A stretch of 64,000 nt of DNA from Lama glama. Lineage: Eukaryota. Below the pieces are notes generated by a model. The model ran no database searches. It was not told where the DNA came from and saw only the letters and a list, made by a program, of their open reading frames with translations. Shown here piece after piece: positions 25,691 through 38,909 of the stretch (the first letter of the stretch is position 1; each line of letters starts with the position of its first letter). The stretch lies in the NCBI GenBank assembly GCA_028534125.1, contig CM052816.1, positions 60,018,001 through 60,082,000 on the forward strand, in the 5' to 3' direction. The position numbers were made by a program, and so were the translations under genes.

Positions 25691-26224
25691 TGGAGGAAAG
25701 AAACAACAGGTAAGACAGCTGCAGGCTGGTTGACTAGAGAGAGGCATTCCTCGGGTTGTTTACAGCAAGATAATGAGGGAGAGAAGAGGAATGGCTGATC
25801 AGAGAACCCAAGGATTAATGCAGCTGAGAAGATGATACTGTCATTAAAGGCTAAGAAAAAGACAAAGCAGAAGAAGAACCAATTGTCAGGAGAGTGATGG
25901 GTAGGGAAAAACCAGGTGCAGAGGACAGACCAAGGAGAGCAGTTCCAGATTGACCAGCCCTGATGTTACTGAAGTAGACATACCATAGCTTAAAAAAGTT
26001 GCCTCAGGCAAGTAAGAAACTTCCCTTATGTGAAGCCTGACACCTGGGCTGAGACTCAAGGTTGGTAGAAGCGGCATCTGGGCCACCTTCTATGCAACAG
26101 TTCACTAATCTGAACAGGAGGTGTCTGTAAGGAAGATAGACCCACCGTTACTCTACTCAGAGGGCATCAGTATACAAAATAGCCTCTGAGCTCCGGGAGC
26201 TAACAATCTCATTAAGATACAATT

Positions 26225-27610
26225 TACACACATATGCTGATGACTCCCAAATGTTTATCCTTAGCCAGATCTCCTCCCCAGGACTCCTAAATCATGTCTC
26301 AAATGTCAATTCACCTCCTCAACTTAAATATCGGGTAGACACCCCAAATTAGCATGTCTAAAAAGAAACTCTGGAGAGTCTCCCAAACCTGTACCTCCTA
26401 CAGTTTTCCCCATCTCGGGTGCTCAAATAAGAACATAGGCATCATTCTTTATCCTCTTTCTCACACCAAACATTCAAGGAGTCAGCAAATTTTCTCAATG
26501 CCACCTTCAAAATACATCCAGACTGGAAACATTCTGTTAAGTGAAAGAAACTCTAACAAAGGACTACATATTGTATGATTCCATTAACATGAAATGGACA
26601 GAGCAGGCAAATCTGCAGAGATAGAACATGATTAGTGGTTGCTAGGGCTGAGTGGGGATTGAGGGATGATGGTAAAGGGGTGCAACTTTTCTTTTGGTGA
26701 TGATAAAAATGTTCTAAAATGGATTGTGCTGATAGTTGCACAAATCTGTGATTATCCTAAAAGCCACTGAGTTGTACACTTTAAAGGGGTGAATTGGATG
26801 GTGTATTTCAATAAACCAATTATTTTAAAGTATACACATATACACATCTATAGTTCTGTCTCTCTAGAAGCCACCCTCTTCTCACCATCTGCACCATGAC
26901 CACACTGGCCTGAGTCCCCTCACCTCACACCTGAGTATCGCAGCAGCCTCCTGACCTGAGTGGTCAATGGCTTCTCTTCTTGCTCTACCTGGACCCTTCA
27001 GCACAGGCATCCACAGTGACCCTCTGAAAACACAAGTCAGATCTTATCATTCCTCTTCTCCAGCCCTTCTCACTAGCTCCTGTCTCACTAGAGTAAAAAC
27101 CAAAGTGACCCAGCAGGCCCCACACAAATTGGCCCCCCGGGGACCCCACCCTGCCCTTCTCTAACTCCGCACCACTCACTGCTGTAACCATTAGCCCATC
27201 ACTCACTGCTTCTCAAACATACCAGGCCTGTTCCCTCAGGACGTTGAACCTCCTGTTTCCTATGCCTTTTCTCTCAGATCTAAGTGCCTTGCTCCCTCAC
27301 CTCCATCAATCTCAGCTCAAATATCACCTTTGCTGGAAGGCCTTCCCAATCATCCTATTTAAACTGCAATTCCCCACCTCCACCTCCAGCACTTTGGAGT
27401 CCTGTGTCCTGTTTTATTTTTCTCTATAACACTTCTCACCATCTCACAGAGCATGTATCTTACTCATTTCTTTTTCTGATCTGCGTTCCCCAAAATGGAA
27501 GTTTCGTGAGAGCAATAATTTTTGCCTGTGTGTTCACTGCTATATGCCTAGCACCTATAGAACACAGACTAACAAAGCAGATGCTTATTAGAGATTTGTT
27601 GAATGAATGA
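26225..27610 (+). mobile_element. L2a LINE 3' portion, split by an L1 insertion
   Basis: tatgctgatgactcccaaatgtttatc...ccttcaaaatacatccaga, resuming ctcttctcaccatc...; ends gatttgttgaatgaatga. Confidence 0.85.
26522..26830 (+). mobile_element. L1M (MB/ME-like) 3'UTR nested in L2a
   Basis: aaacattctgttaagtgaaagaa...catattgtatgattccatt...gatgataaaaatgttctaaaatggattgtg...ttgtacactttaaaggggtgaatt...caataaa. Confidence 0.85.
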
Positions 27611-27993
27611 AAGAAACAAGCAAAGAACAGTGCAAGAAAGAATATAATCGTTAAACTATATAAAATGAAGTTTTATAATGAAATCATTTCATATCTGTGT
27701 TTTAAAACCTTTATACCTTTATGCTCTTTTAGGTACATTCTATTATAGACACAGTGACCTGACTTCCAAAAGCAATGATGAGTAAACACAGAAGAGGAAT
27801 ATACTGTCTTTGGAGAAGCAAAACTACAAAAAAAATTAGGAAGAGCAATATATCTTTAATAATTTACTGAAAAAAAGTGTTAGGAGGAGCTAAAATGGGG
27901 ATAAGTTCCTTCCAACTTGGACATCATTCTCTGGTTAACTTGTCGTCTGTGGATTTTGGCTCAGCCTCAGAAATGATAAGGCAGTTATTTTAT

Positions 27994-28034
27994 AAGAGAG
28001 GGAGAGAGAAAGAGAGAGAGAGAAAGAGAGAAAG

Positions 28035-28121
<87 letters not shown>

Positions 28122-28127
28122 AAAAAA
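27994..28127 (+). repeat. (GA)n/(GAAA)n polypurine microsatellite
   Basis: Directly visible ~130-bp purine tract. Confidence 0.97.
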
Positions 28128-29017
28128 TTATGAGAAAGAAGAGTTGAGGCATCATGCATGGCTGGTAAAGAAAAGTGAACATTAAGAGCCAATAAATCTC
28201 TTTGATTAGACAGTGACCACAGGGTTCTGGCACTTCCTAGGGTTACTTGAAATCCTAGAACTTCTCATCTTTCCGCCAAAGAGCCTTTGCATCAAATAAG
28301 TGATTGCAGATGAATTACAGAAAATACTCCAATAAACCTAGGAGAAAAAAATCATCATCTGATTAAGGAATCAATGATTAGTGAATAACCATCTAATTTG
28401 TACCTATTCTTAAGCATTTTCCTCAGCCCTGCTCTAACGTATATCCTATTTAAATAGACTTTAAAACAAAATAGTTATATTTAGCACTTTGAATGTAAAA
28501 CCATGTTGAGTCTTCAGGTGACCGTGCCTTGGGAGAACGAAGAGTTCAGGCATGCAGATGCCTCGTCCAGGAGCCACTGTTGACCTCGTGGCTTCATGTG
28601 AAAACTGCATTCAAAGTACCCAGAGGAAAAGGGCAGTGACCTGTGGAAACCCACAGCTACCAAGGAGTAACAATATCACATTTGAGAAGAAGGGATTTGT
28701 AGAATCAAGGAAAACTACATGGAAAAAGTAGAAATTCAGATTAAAATAGTTGGATATGTGAAGAGGATTTAGAATGGGATTTAGGTGGATAAAGGGGACT
28801 TCAGGTAGATGAAAGCAAACACAAGCTCTTTATCATGGTGGCAGAGAAGCCTCTCCACTCATGCCTTTCAAGAAATTTAAACTGTGTGTTTCAAGGGAAG
28901 TCCCAGAGGCACACTGAGAGTTGCTGTCTGGAGAGCATGGTATTCCTGAGTGCTGGAACTGGGGAGCAAGTGATGGCCAATAGTCCTGACCTGTTCTCAG
29001 CTTAACTTAATGATAAA

Positions 29018-29595
29018 CAGGCCTGCCTCAAATATTTTCAGAGCCTAGGGCAAGTCTATAAATGCAGGTCCACAGGCCATATATTTGAATTATCATTCAC
29101 ACAAGTATACTATTACACAGGTTCTATTCTCTTACTGTAATAGATACTCCTTTTCAGCAATCTGGATGGCCAGATTCCAAAGGAGAATTCTCAGAATTTG
29201 TGCCAGAACATGACAGCAGAGGATGGTATCTAGGGAAGAACCAAACCAGCCTCTGACTTGAGGACTGACCCCCTGTTTTCCCAGACCCAGCTCCACCTTG
29301 CACCCCTATCCACATGTATGTGGACACCAGACTGCATATCCAGACTCTGCCCACAGCAGTCATTTGACCACCCCTCAGGTCAGAAGTCTGCACACCAGGG
29401 GCCCAATGTGTCTTCTGGAGACCGACATGGAGAAGAGGACATGGAGGGCCATTTGGGCAAAAAATTCCAAGGTTCTGGGTACCAGAGGCATGATCTTAAA
29501 GGAGTAGTGCAGATTCCAGGTGGGCATATGGGGAAAACATGCTCAGAAAAATGCCAGAGAGGATCTAAAATGTGTGGTCCTATTGCCTAGGTGAT
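29018..29595 (+). mobile_element. MER115-like hAT-Tip100 DNA transposon
   Basis: gcctagggcaagtctataaatgcaggtccac...tgtggacacc...gaccacccctcagg...ggccatttgggca...aattccaaggttctgggtaccaga...ccaggtgggca, CpG-decayed. Confidence 0.75.
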
Positions 29596-29744
29596 GCAGA
29601 AAGAACTACCCTAGAAGTTTTCTCATGTTTCTTTATGCTCCCAAGGAAACATGTGGGAAAATCAAACTTTATACTTCTCCCAAACAAACAGCACTAGACC
29701 GCTTATTGACTCAAAAGATTTCCATTACATTAACATCTCAAAAA

Positions 29745-30500
29745 ACATTCAGGAGAGAGTAGACAAATCTTTCTTACAGAAGAATTCCAACAACTATAAG
29801 TAGATATCTTCCTTCCAGGAAGTGGAGTTTAAATCCCTCACGTCTTGAGCATAGCCAGGACTTAGTGATTTGTATCCAAAGAATATAGAATATAGAGAAG
29901 GAAAAACAGTAACTTCACAGTGAACAACCTGACAAACTCTAACTTGGCCAAATGATCAGAGTTAACTTCATCCGTGAAAAGTCACGTGGATACCATGTAC
30001 CCCTCAATGACATGTCATGTTGATGAGGAGATACCTTCTGTGTTCTTTTTCTCTCCCAAAACCACTCTAACCATGAGAAAGGCATCAGACATGTACAAAA
30101 TGAGAGACATCTATAAAGTACCTGGCCAGATCTCTTCAAAAGACTGTCAAGGTCCTAAAAATGAAAGACTGAGAAATTCACAGACCAGAAATCAACAAAA
30201 CATGAAAACTGAATGCAATGTGGTGCCCTGGATTGGATCTTGGCATAGAACAAGGACATTAATGTGGAATAGAACAAGGACATTAATGTGGAAACTTGTG
30301 AAATACAAATAAAATCTGGAGCTCACTTAATAGTACTGTAACAATGTCAGTTTGTTAGTTTTGACAAATGTGCGTTGGTAATGTAAGATGTTAACAATAG
30401 GCAAAGCTGGGTGAGGAGTATATGGAAACTCTCTGTATGATCTTGGTAACTTCTCTACAAATATAACATTATTCCTAAATAAAAAATTACTTTAAAAAAA
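29745..30500 (+). mobile_element. L1MC3/4-like 3'UTR
   Basis: gacaaatctttcttacagaagaattcca...ggacttagtga...gtaacttcacagtg...ttagttttgacaaatgt...gggtgaggagtatatggaaactctctgta...aaataaaaa. Confidence 0.85.
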
Positions 30501-33500
30501 TGTTCATCCACAGCATCTCAGTACATCCATCATTCCGTCTCACTGTGGCCCACATGCACTCGATGGGACAATGGGATGGCATTCCCCAGATCTGGAATGT
30601 TGATTTGGAGCCCTTTTTCATGAGATCTCAAAGATGCCAATTCTCACGGTCAAAAGGAGTCTGATCCCAGAGGGGCATGCACATAAGTGACAACTCCTCA
30701 GAACATCACAATGTATCTGTAAGCATTCCAAAGAAAATAAATAAGGCTTGGGAGAAGGAGAAAAAGGGAAATTACTTGTGGCATATTTACAATTTGGAAC
30801 AGCATAAAATAGGAAACAAATGACATATATAAGACTCCAGTAATAAACTTAAGGAGGAATCCTAAAATAGATCACAGAGACCATAACACTCTGGGCTAGA
30901 ACTTTAAGCTGTAAAATCCTCCCTTAGCAAGCACACAGTAGGCTCTCCACAGATTTAACTCCAAGTGATATGAATTGCAAACGTATGCTGTCACCCATAC
31001 CTCCCAGTTAATGAAGGGACATTGGGAATTTGCATTAAATTTGAAAATCAACTGCTTTTAAGAAAAGTATTTGGTCTACCATGGGAAAATAGCACAGGAC
31101 CTAAATCTTGCCATGTACCAAGTTCCATTTACTCAAAGGTCCAGAAGAAAACATGGTGAGTCTCATACACAAAAATGTGTAGGATTTGTGTAAAATAAAA
31201 AATATGACTTCAAGTATTTTCTGTATCTGCCAGTATTTTTTATCAGAAATAATGACTTCTTTCCTAATTACGTTAGCTATTCTTCAATCAGCCCCAGTAG
31301 GTTTTAGGGGGGCAAAATCATGTAACTGTACCATAGCTATTCCAATTAATAAGAGAATGTCAGGAAAAGTCACAGAACCTCTTTCAGAAGCCACATTTTG
31401 CTCTTTCATTGGGACTTTTATTGTTGAGAAGTTGTTTTCAAAGTGATTAATTATCAAAACTTGAGGCCTTACAAAGTTTGGTGGCAACACCATTTACATT
31501 ATTTACATTAGCAACGTCATTTGCATTTACATAGATTTAGTTACTTTTGAATAGATGTTTCAACATCCATCTAGGACTTAATTGTTAAGCCTTCCTTTGT
31601 CAGATCACCAAAGCAAGAGAAAGAGATTTATGTGTCTGGAGCACAGTCTATGTGCTGTGAATTACACACGCTCATTTTAGTTCTTCCTCCCTCATGGCTG
31701 TGAAGCAGGTTTTATCCTTCTTTCACACATAAGGTCAAGTCTGTGACAGCTTAAGTCCCAGGTAAGGCCACACCCCTGGGAGTGCTAGAAAACAGATTTG
31801 AAGTTAGCATCAATTCCTATCAAAGTGAAAGATTTTGCCATATGCCCACACTGCCCCCAGAAAGACTTTGGAAGAGAAAGACGTTGAAAGAGAGAGTTGG
31901 GATCAAGACCTGCTATAGACAAATTCATAAGTCAGCCAAGTTTCTCTTTGGCTAGCCATGCTCTGAGTGTTTGTTTTACCCTTCTCCTTTCCTCCCCTCA
32001 TCCAAACTTTCCTGTCTTGGAAGTCCTCATCCCTGCAGGTTTACAATCACACCAGTTGAAATGAACAGAAATTCCAGCTCAAAATGGCTGAGATCATAAA
32101 GGAAATTTTTTAGATCAATTACTAGAAAATCCAGAAATAGGGAAGCTTTCAAATGTCTCTATCCTGGGAGTGGGGCTGGGACATCTCTGGTCTCTCATTT
32201 CTTTTTTTCTGCATCTCAGAGTTAACAGCATTCTTAGGAGGGGCCTTTCCCAATACAGCTCCCAAGGATAAATACTTTCTAATTTGCATCTGAAATACTT
32301 TGGAATTTGTATCCAAAGAGAAACGTGTTAGAATTTGAGATAAGATAGTAATGTGGCAATATGATCAGAATAATACAGAAAGGTCCAAGTTCCACTTTGG
32401 CTTAGTAAGCACTGCCCCTTATCCTCATCACCACCACCCCATCCCTCACCTCCCACTTTGTGGTTTCCTGTAGGACGTGTACGTAGGACAATGGGAACTG
32501 GGAAATAAAACTCCACTTTACTGCTTGCCAGGTATACATTCGATAAGAGTCCTTGATGAAGACCTCAGGATGGTCTTTCTTTTCCAGCCACCAGTATCAT
32601 GAGAACTCCCAAATACATAAATGTTTCTGTGGGAAGAGGAGAGAGATCCTACCTGGCTGGCAGCATAGTGACAGAAGAGGAAAACAATTCCAGGGCCAAT
32701 TTCTTGTCCCAAATATTATTTAGATGGAGGAAGCAATGCACAGCCACATTAGTGGGGCTTCTCCCACTGGAATATGTGACTCCATTAGTGTCCTGAAATC
32801 TTACCATGTCATTTCAGTGTCAATTCCTCCCAGAAAGGGAAATACATTGGAAACTGTTTCTTCCTAGAAGGAGCTGTCTAGCTTCTTAGGTGGGATGAGC
32901 GATGTTTCTTATGATCCAGCTGGGACAGGAAAAGCAAAGCAAGGACTGGCTGAGGACATGGCTTTGCATCACCATTCTGGGAAAACCTGACCATAAGCAG
33001 CAGTCAGCTCTACTTGATTTTTTCCAAAGAGAAGGGATAAATTCCACATGGGGATTTGCAGTACAGAAATTTGTTGTGCAATGTCTGCAAGATAAGTCTG
33101 GTCTTCACACCCAAGTTTTTCAGCACTTAGAGGCTATCACCTATTGGGTAACTCTAAGCAAATCCCTTTCCTTCCCTCTGCTTTAGTTTTTTTCATTTAC
33201 ACTCTGGGAGAAGGTAGGGATGGATGAACCCTAGGCTTTCTCCAGAGGTCTGGAAGAGATATTGAAAAGATATTGAATATATATGTATATATATATCTCT
33301 AGAGTTGTCTGCTAAGAAATAACACTTATTTATACCCTATCTTGTTTTACAATAGATGTAAAGCTATTATTAATTTTTAAGCTCAACAGAGAAGACATCA
33401 TATCTTAAAATGATACATAGCACCTTATGTTCAGAAGATCTGAGGTAAACTTTTAATAATGGGACTAATGAGGATGAAGTCACTCTCACTCAAGGGTCCA

Positions 33501-33804
33501 GTAAAGAAGTAAGATCTCAGTCACCAACTCAGGTATATAAATTATTCCCATACTCTTTGAATTAAGAGACCCAAATAACAAAAGGAGGTTGTACAAATGA
33601 GTGTCCCTGAGTCTACAGAAATAGTCTAATAATATTATGTCCAGCCTAGCTTTCTGCTTACCATGTAGATGAAAATATTCCTTCTTTCTCATTTTCTCTT
33701 TCCTCAGAGTATATGACTCTACTGCTCAAAAGCTCAGTATTCAATATGTCCTTGATTCTAGTGCTTTTTTTTTCTCCATTATGAGTCTTTTTTAAAGTAA
33801 GCTA

Positions 33805-33945
33805 TGCAGTATGGTGAAACAAAAAGAACTAAGTTCAGGGTTCAGTTCTTCTACTTAATAGATATGGGGCCTGAGCAAGTGACTTCTCTAATGTAAAATA
33901 AAGAGAATGATTATATTTACCTTACAGGATTATGGTGAAAGTTAT
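33805..33945 (+). mobile_element. MIR fragment (others near 31660-31850, 33085-33210, 34790-35050)
   Basis: gggttcagttcttctactta...ctgagcaagtgactt...tgtaaaataaagagaatgattatatttaccttacaggattatggtga. Confidence 0.6.
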
Positions 33946-34034
33946 TTTTATTTATTTATACCTTATGGTCTTTCAGAAAAGAGTTGATAGCTGCCATGAA
34001 TATATAAGAATATAAGATGGCCCAAAAATGAGAC

Positions 34035-34589
34035 TGTTACCCCAAAAGGTAAAGACCCCAGTTCTTGTCATACCCAAAAGATAAGTTTACATTCGGGAGA
34101 CGGTGTGTTGTATAGCAAGAGATTTTAAAGATTTATTTAGAAAAGAAAAAGTACATCTCCAAGAATGGGAGGCGGGCTGATCCAAGGGAGGAAAAGGGAC
34201 GGTTTTTGTCTCCCTCTTTCTCTTATACCCTTGCTTAGAGGTGGTCTCTTGATTGATTGACAGCTCTTGTCCCTGGAATGTTTAGCCACGTTTGGCCCCT
34301 TTGCACATGTCCTTACCCATGGTGTACACAGAAAAACCCATTGGGGGTGCGCTAAACTGCAATGTTAATTATAATACAACGAACATTGGGTCGTGTCCGG
34401 TTAAGCCCTTTCTGCTGCCACGCAGTTGTGGCTGTCAGTTTCTAACCGGTTTCTTGCGGGCACTCCTTTGGAAGAAGTAAAGTCCCTTCATGCTGGGGGC
34501 AGGCATAATGCCATCTTCCAGACCATCCTCCCTCTCCTCCACTTATCTGCCCAGTGCTCCCACTTACCCACTTATCTAACTACCTAACA
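34035..34589 (-). mobile_element. Endogenous retrovirus solo LTR (ERV1-like, 555 bp)
   Basis: TGTTA...TAACA inverted termini; near-TSD agac/ggac; minus-strand AATAAA (tttatt 34131-34136) and TATAA (ttata ~34223-34227); CpGs retained. Confidence 0.8.
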
Positions 34590-37500
34590 GGACTAAGACA
34601 GGAAAAAACAAGACTTGGGATATAAAATGGAATTGGAAATACAGATTAAATAGTCTATCACATAAATATCTAAATATTTGCTACAGATAAGCCACAAATT
34701 GGACAGCTAGGGACAGTACGTGACAGAATGACAGAAGAGAACCTAAGAAGGTCTCCAGCCCTATGTTATTGTTACTCGTTTTTGTGGGAAAAGCCCAGGC
34801 TTTGATATCATGCCAGGCTCAGTGTGACCACTGGCTCCGTGTGTTCTTGTACAACCTCTCAGAACCTCGAAGTTTCTCATCTATACAACAAGGAGAATAA
34901 ATCCTACTTTGCAGGGTCGTGGGGCTCCGAGTGCCCTGTACACGATGAGCAGCCCGCTTGTGGCAGCCCCTGTCCCGTCCCCCCACCCTCACTGCCACGT
35001 CTCCCTTCCACTTAGTGCGGGTAGTGAGCACTGCTGTGGGAAATTTGCTGCTGTTCACTAAATTTCCCTGTGTTTATTATCATTTTATTTGTAACAATTA
35101 TTAACAGTAATGTAATACTCATATCCCCCCTAGAGAGTTGGATATATCTGTGTTTAATCGAAAATTGTTTCCTCTCAAGGTGTCAACGGCAATAACAAAA
35201 CAGCAAAGTACCTTTAAGAACTTGCCCTGAAACACACAGAGCCATTAATGTCACATGCACTACAGCGGAGTTGATCTCTTGACAGGATGTTAATTAGTTC
35301 TCTCCTATAGGATGGCATTACCATAATTAAACCAATAACAACAAGGAAAAAAATACACCCCTGGGCAACTGAAGACATTCTGACAATAATGAGAAATGGC
35401 AGCAGGCACTGGGTACCAGGGCTGTTTTCTGGTTGCTGTTGTTTAATCATCATTGGCACAGAAAGCCAGTCCTCCCACGCCAGATAACGTCTGTTCCTGA
35501 GACAGCCCTGTTTTAAAAAGGTGGCAAGTATTTCAGCTTTATACTAGCTCTTGGTAAATGCAAGCAGGAAGCCCCAAATGTGGGTAAAACCCTGGACCTG
35601 TAGTTATATGGTACCATATATCATCTCCCCTGGCAATGATATGATTAATAGCATCTGCTCTGTGACCTAATTATAGCCAAATCCATGCATATTCATGACA
35701 GGGAGGGGAGGAGAGGAGCCTGTACATATTAGAAACCTACCTGCATGGACAGGTTCCCCTAAAGGAGAGCCCCTGCAACGGCTACTGTCTTGAGTGCTCA
35801 CCAACACCCGCTGGCCTGGCTGGGGGGCATTTTTCTCTCCTCCACCCAGGCACGGTGGTTGTGCAGTTTCCCCATGACACTCTTCTTAAAAACCTGGAGA
35901 GGGTCCAGGGAAGTGGTATTCGGCAGCATGGACTCACTGGGATACTCTTCAAAAAGGTTTGAGAGGTTCAAATTTCAAAAGAAGAAAAGCAGTACCTTGT
36001 GGTTACACACATCCTGACACCATCACCCCCTACTGGTTGGGTATGTTAAGGATAATACAGCCTCCCACACCTGGACGTTCAAGACTCCATTGGACTGAAG
36101 GGTGACTATCGGTGTCCAGAGTGACCTTGATTCAAACACCACCACCTTCAAGGCTCAGCTGAGTTTCTGGAGGCTCGTGGCTCAAAGCAACCAGGAAAAA
36201 TAGAACCAAAGATAACTGCTCAGAATATCTAAAAGCTTCTCCAAGTCTTTGGTCTAAATTCCAGAGCTAAGCCTGTGTGCTAAGCCTCATTTCTTGCCAT
36301 GACGTTGGAAGGTCATGGGCATTAACAGTTCCCAGGACCTTTATCATGATCCTCCAGCAGAAACTCCAGTGCTGAATATGCAGGAATCAAAAGAATAGTA
36401 GTACTTCTCAATCTAAAACTTGTCTCCACAGGAATTTAGATACTGTGGCTTTCTTGCCAGAAGCACTTCTGAATCCTCTGTGTCAGTTTCCTAGGCTCAG
36501 CCTAATTTTCAGAACAGCACGTGAACCATGTCTGCCAAGTAAATAAAGGAGTCTGCTCAGAGGAAGCAGGTATGCTGGTGATTATTTCCTCAAAGATCCA
36601 GGACATTAGCAGACATAACCAATGTGTGCTGTCCTCAGGCACCTCTGGAATTATCTTCAGTGTCATTGAAAAGTCATAACTTGATGCTATTTCCAGATGG
36701 TTCCCCACATATGACAGTCAAACAACCTTACCTGCTTGGAAACAATTTTTAAGAAACTTTACTGAGATGTGATTCAAGGAAAGGTATCAGAATACTTCAA
36801 GAAAGCTGCAGAGTTCTGCAGCAATTAGAAAACACCCTTAGCTAATTCTGGATAATTTACAAGAACTGTCAGCTCATACATAATCAAGATAAAGGAATTA
36901 TTAAATTCAAAACTCTATGAGGTATGCAACAGAAATTAAGATATGATCATTGACCTCCAGAAGCTTAAAACCTAGGTGAAGAAGTGAATGATGTAAAATG
37001 AGTAGCCTTAATAGAAAGCAGGATGTGGAAAATGTCATTGGACACCAAAGAAAAATAGGTGCTGATCTTGTGCAGGTGTAGGAAAAATAGGAAATCAAAC
37101 AAAAGCCAGAGACCTATTATTCCATCTCCAAATAATAAGAAACTCCTTTTACATATACAAAAACATAAATTTTCTTAGCCTTCATTGATCAGTTCCCTAA
37201 TCAATACACATGTCATATCAAATATTCATTTCATGGCCTAATGTTATTACCCTCTTAAGTGTCCACAGCTATAAATTAGCCAAGATGACTAGGCCAGTTA
37301 AACACATTACAAATGAGATGTTCCGGTGGCATCATAAACCCAGAAGGCAAACCAAGTCCTCAAGATGCAAAGTGTTTGCTGTATTAGAATTTAACCTTGC
37401 TATCTTATACTTAACAGATGGTACTCCTGGGAGAGATGCTAAACACTCTAAATGGAAAGTTCATTGATTGACTCTAACCTCAAAGTTTAAGAATACATCA

Positions 37501-38299
37501 CATCAAGACAAAACCCCTAGTTTGGGCTAAAGACCATTTAAAACTCAGCTTAGTACTTAGTAAATATTTATTGGTGATTGACTGAGAGAATGCAATTGCC
37601 ATTCATATTGTACAGTATTTTATCATTCAAATTTTCCACAGTCAATTATTATTTACTTCCCCAAAGGCCGGGCACACATGAACTAAGACATTAAGATAGA
37701 AGGGTATGGATTGCAGCATCCTTAACACGGGTGCATTCCACACGCTGCTAAAAGCTGAATAATTCGAATGCCTGTGTCTCAATACATGGGCTGAATCCTC
37801 CCAATGTAGAACATCCTTTGTGCCATCACATTTACTGACCTGAGCAAAATCACTGTCAAGGAAAAGTTAAATAAAAAGTCCTCTTTCCTTTATTCTTCTA
37901 TCTTATGCTTTCCCTCTTTTTATCTTGACAAAGAAACTAGTAAGTAGGAATTTGATCAAGCTGTGTGGATGATTACAGGTCTTGGATGGGTCCCTTTTCA
38001 CTAAGTTGGGATATAAAAATCAGATCACTTATCTTAAAATATTCTAATTAAACGACTTATAGCTCCCTGACCAAGAATGAGTGACTGTATGTCTTCCCTT
38101 CCTGTGATAAGTCCAAGACCCCAAGAATGCTGGCTCAGCAGGTAATCAGTCCTGGTGACCACCTCATGGAAAGAGAAAAACACAAAATCAATCTCAGCAT
38201 CCTCCATGGAATAGCCACCGTTTCTGCTGCTGTCACTGTCAGAACCATTACTTGGTGTTGTTGAAAACAGCAGCTCAACATAATCCTTGTCAAGTCCTG

Positions 38300-38909
38300 G
38301 GATGGCACAGTGAACTTGGCTTGTCCCTTCCCCTCGCTAAGTCTGAGCATCCCAATGGCTTGATGCAGCCTAGAGGCTCCAAGGAGTTGTCACTATCTGA
38401 GCATATGCCCACCTGGCCTGGGCTAAATGTGTGCTGCTTGGGCCTTAGGTCTTACACACGTGCCTTTTCCCTTGCTTCCTGGCCACAGAAGCCCTAGCAA
38501 CAGCTCTGGATGTTTCCCTAGTTGGAACATCTCCTGCCACTGGTGCTAGTGCCACCACCATGACCAATGAGCCCCCAATACCACAACTGACAACCTGTGC
38601 ACTGGCTGGTGGGACCCACAGAGGCACTGACTGCTCCAGCTGTTTCCAAGGGTGACCACTTACTCAACCCAGAAGTGCTGCCAGGGGTAGGTCGTTCTGA
38701 GACGCCGCTTCAGAAGGCCTCTATGAAGACATCCCACATGAAGCTGTGGTCCACTCTGTAATAAATCCCCTGTGTCTTCTCTCCCTCCTTCCTTGCTTCA
38801 CATCTTTTTCCCCTCCCCTTTGTTTCCTGGGAATCATACCCTCTCCATAAAGCACAGAAGCACATCGGCTTTTCCCTCGGGCTCTTTTCTAGTAAATCTG
38901 GCTAAGACT
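38300..38909 (+). mobile_element. ERVL LTR (LTR50/LTR33-like); left boundary uncertain
   Basis: 3' end cacatctttttcccctc...ataaagca...cctcgggctcttttctagtaaatctggctaagac resembles this ERVL LTR terminus. Confidence 0.6.

Noticed and set aside
27877..28233. ORFs rich in ERKK or FFLS repeats
   Set aside because: Translations of the (GAAA)n microsatellite.
31150..31162. ATG|GTGAGT motif suggesting a Met-only first exon
   Set aside because: Isolated motif with no promoter or acceptor support; expected by chance.
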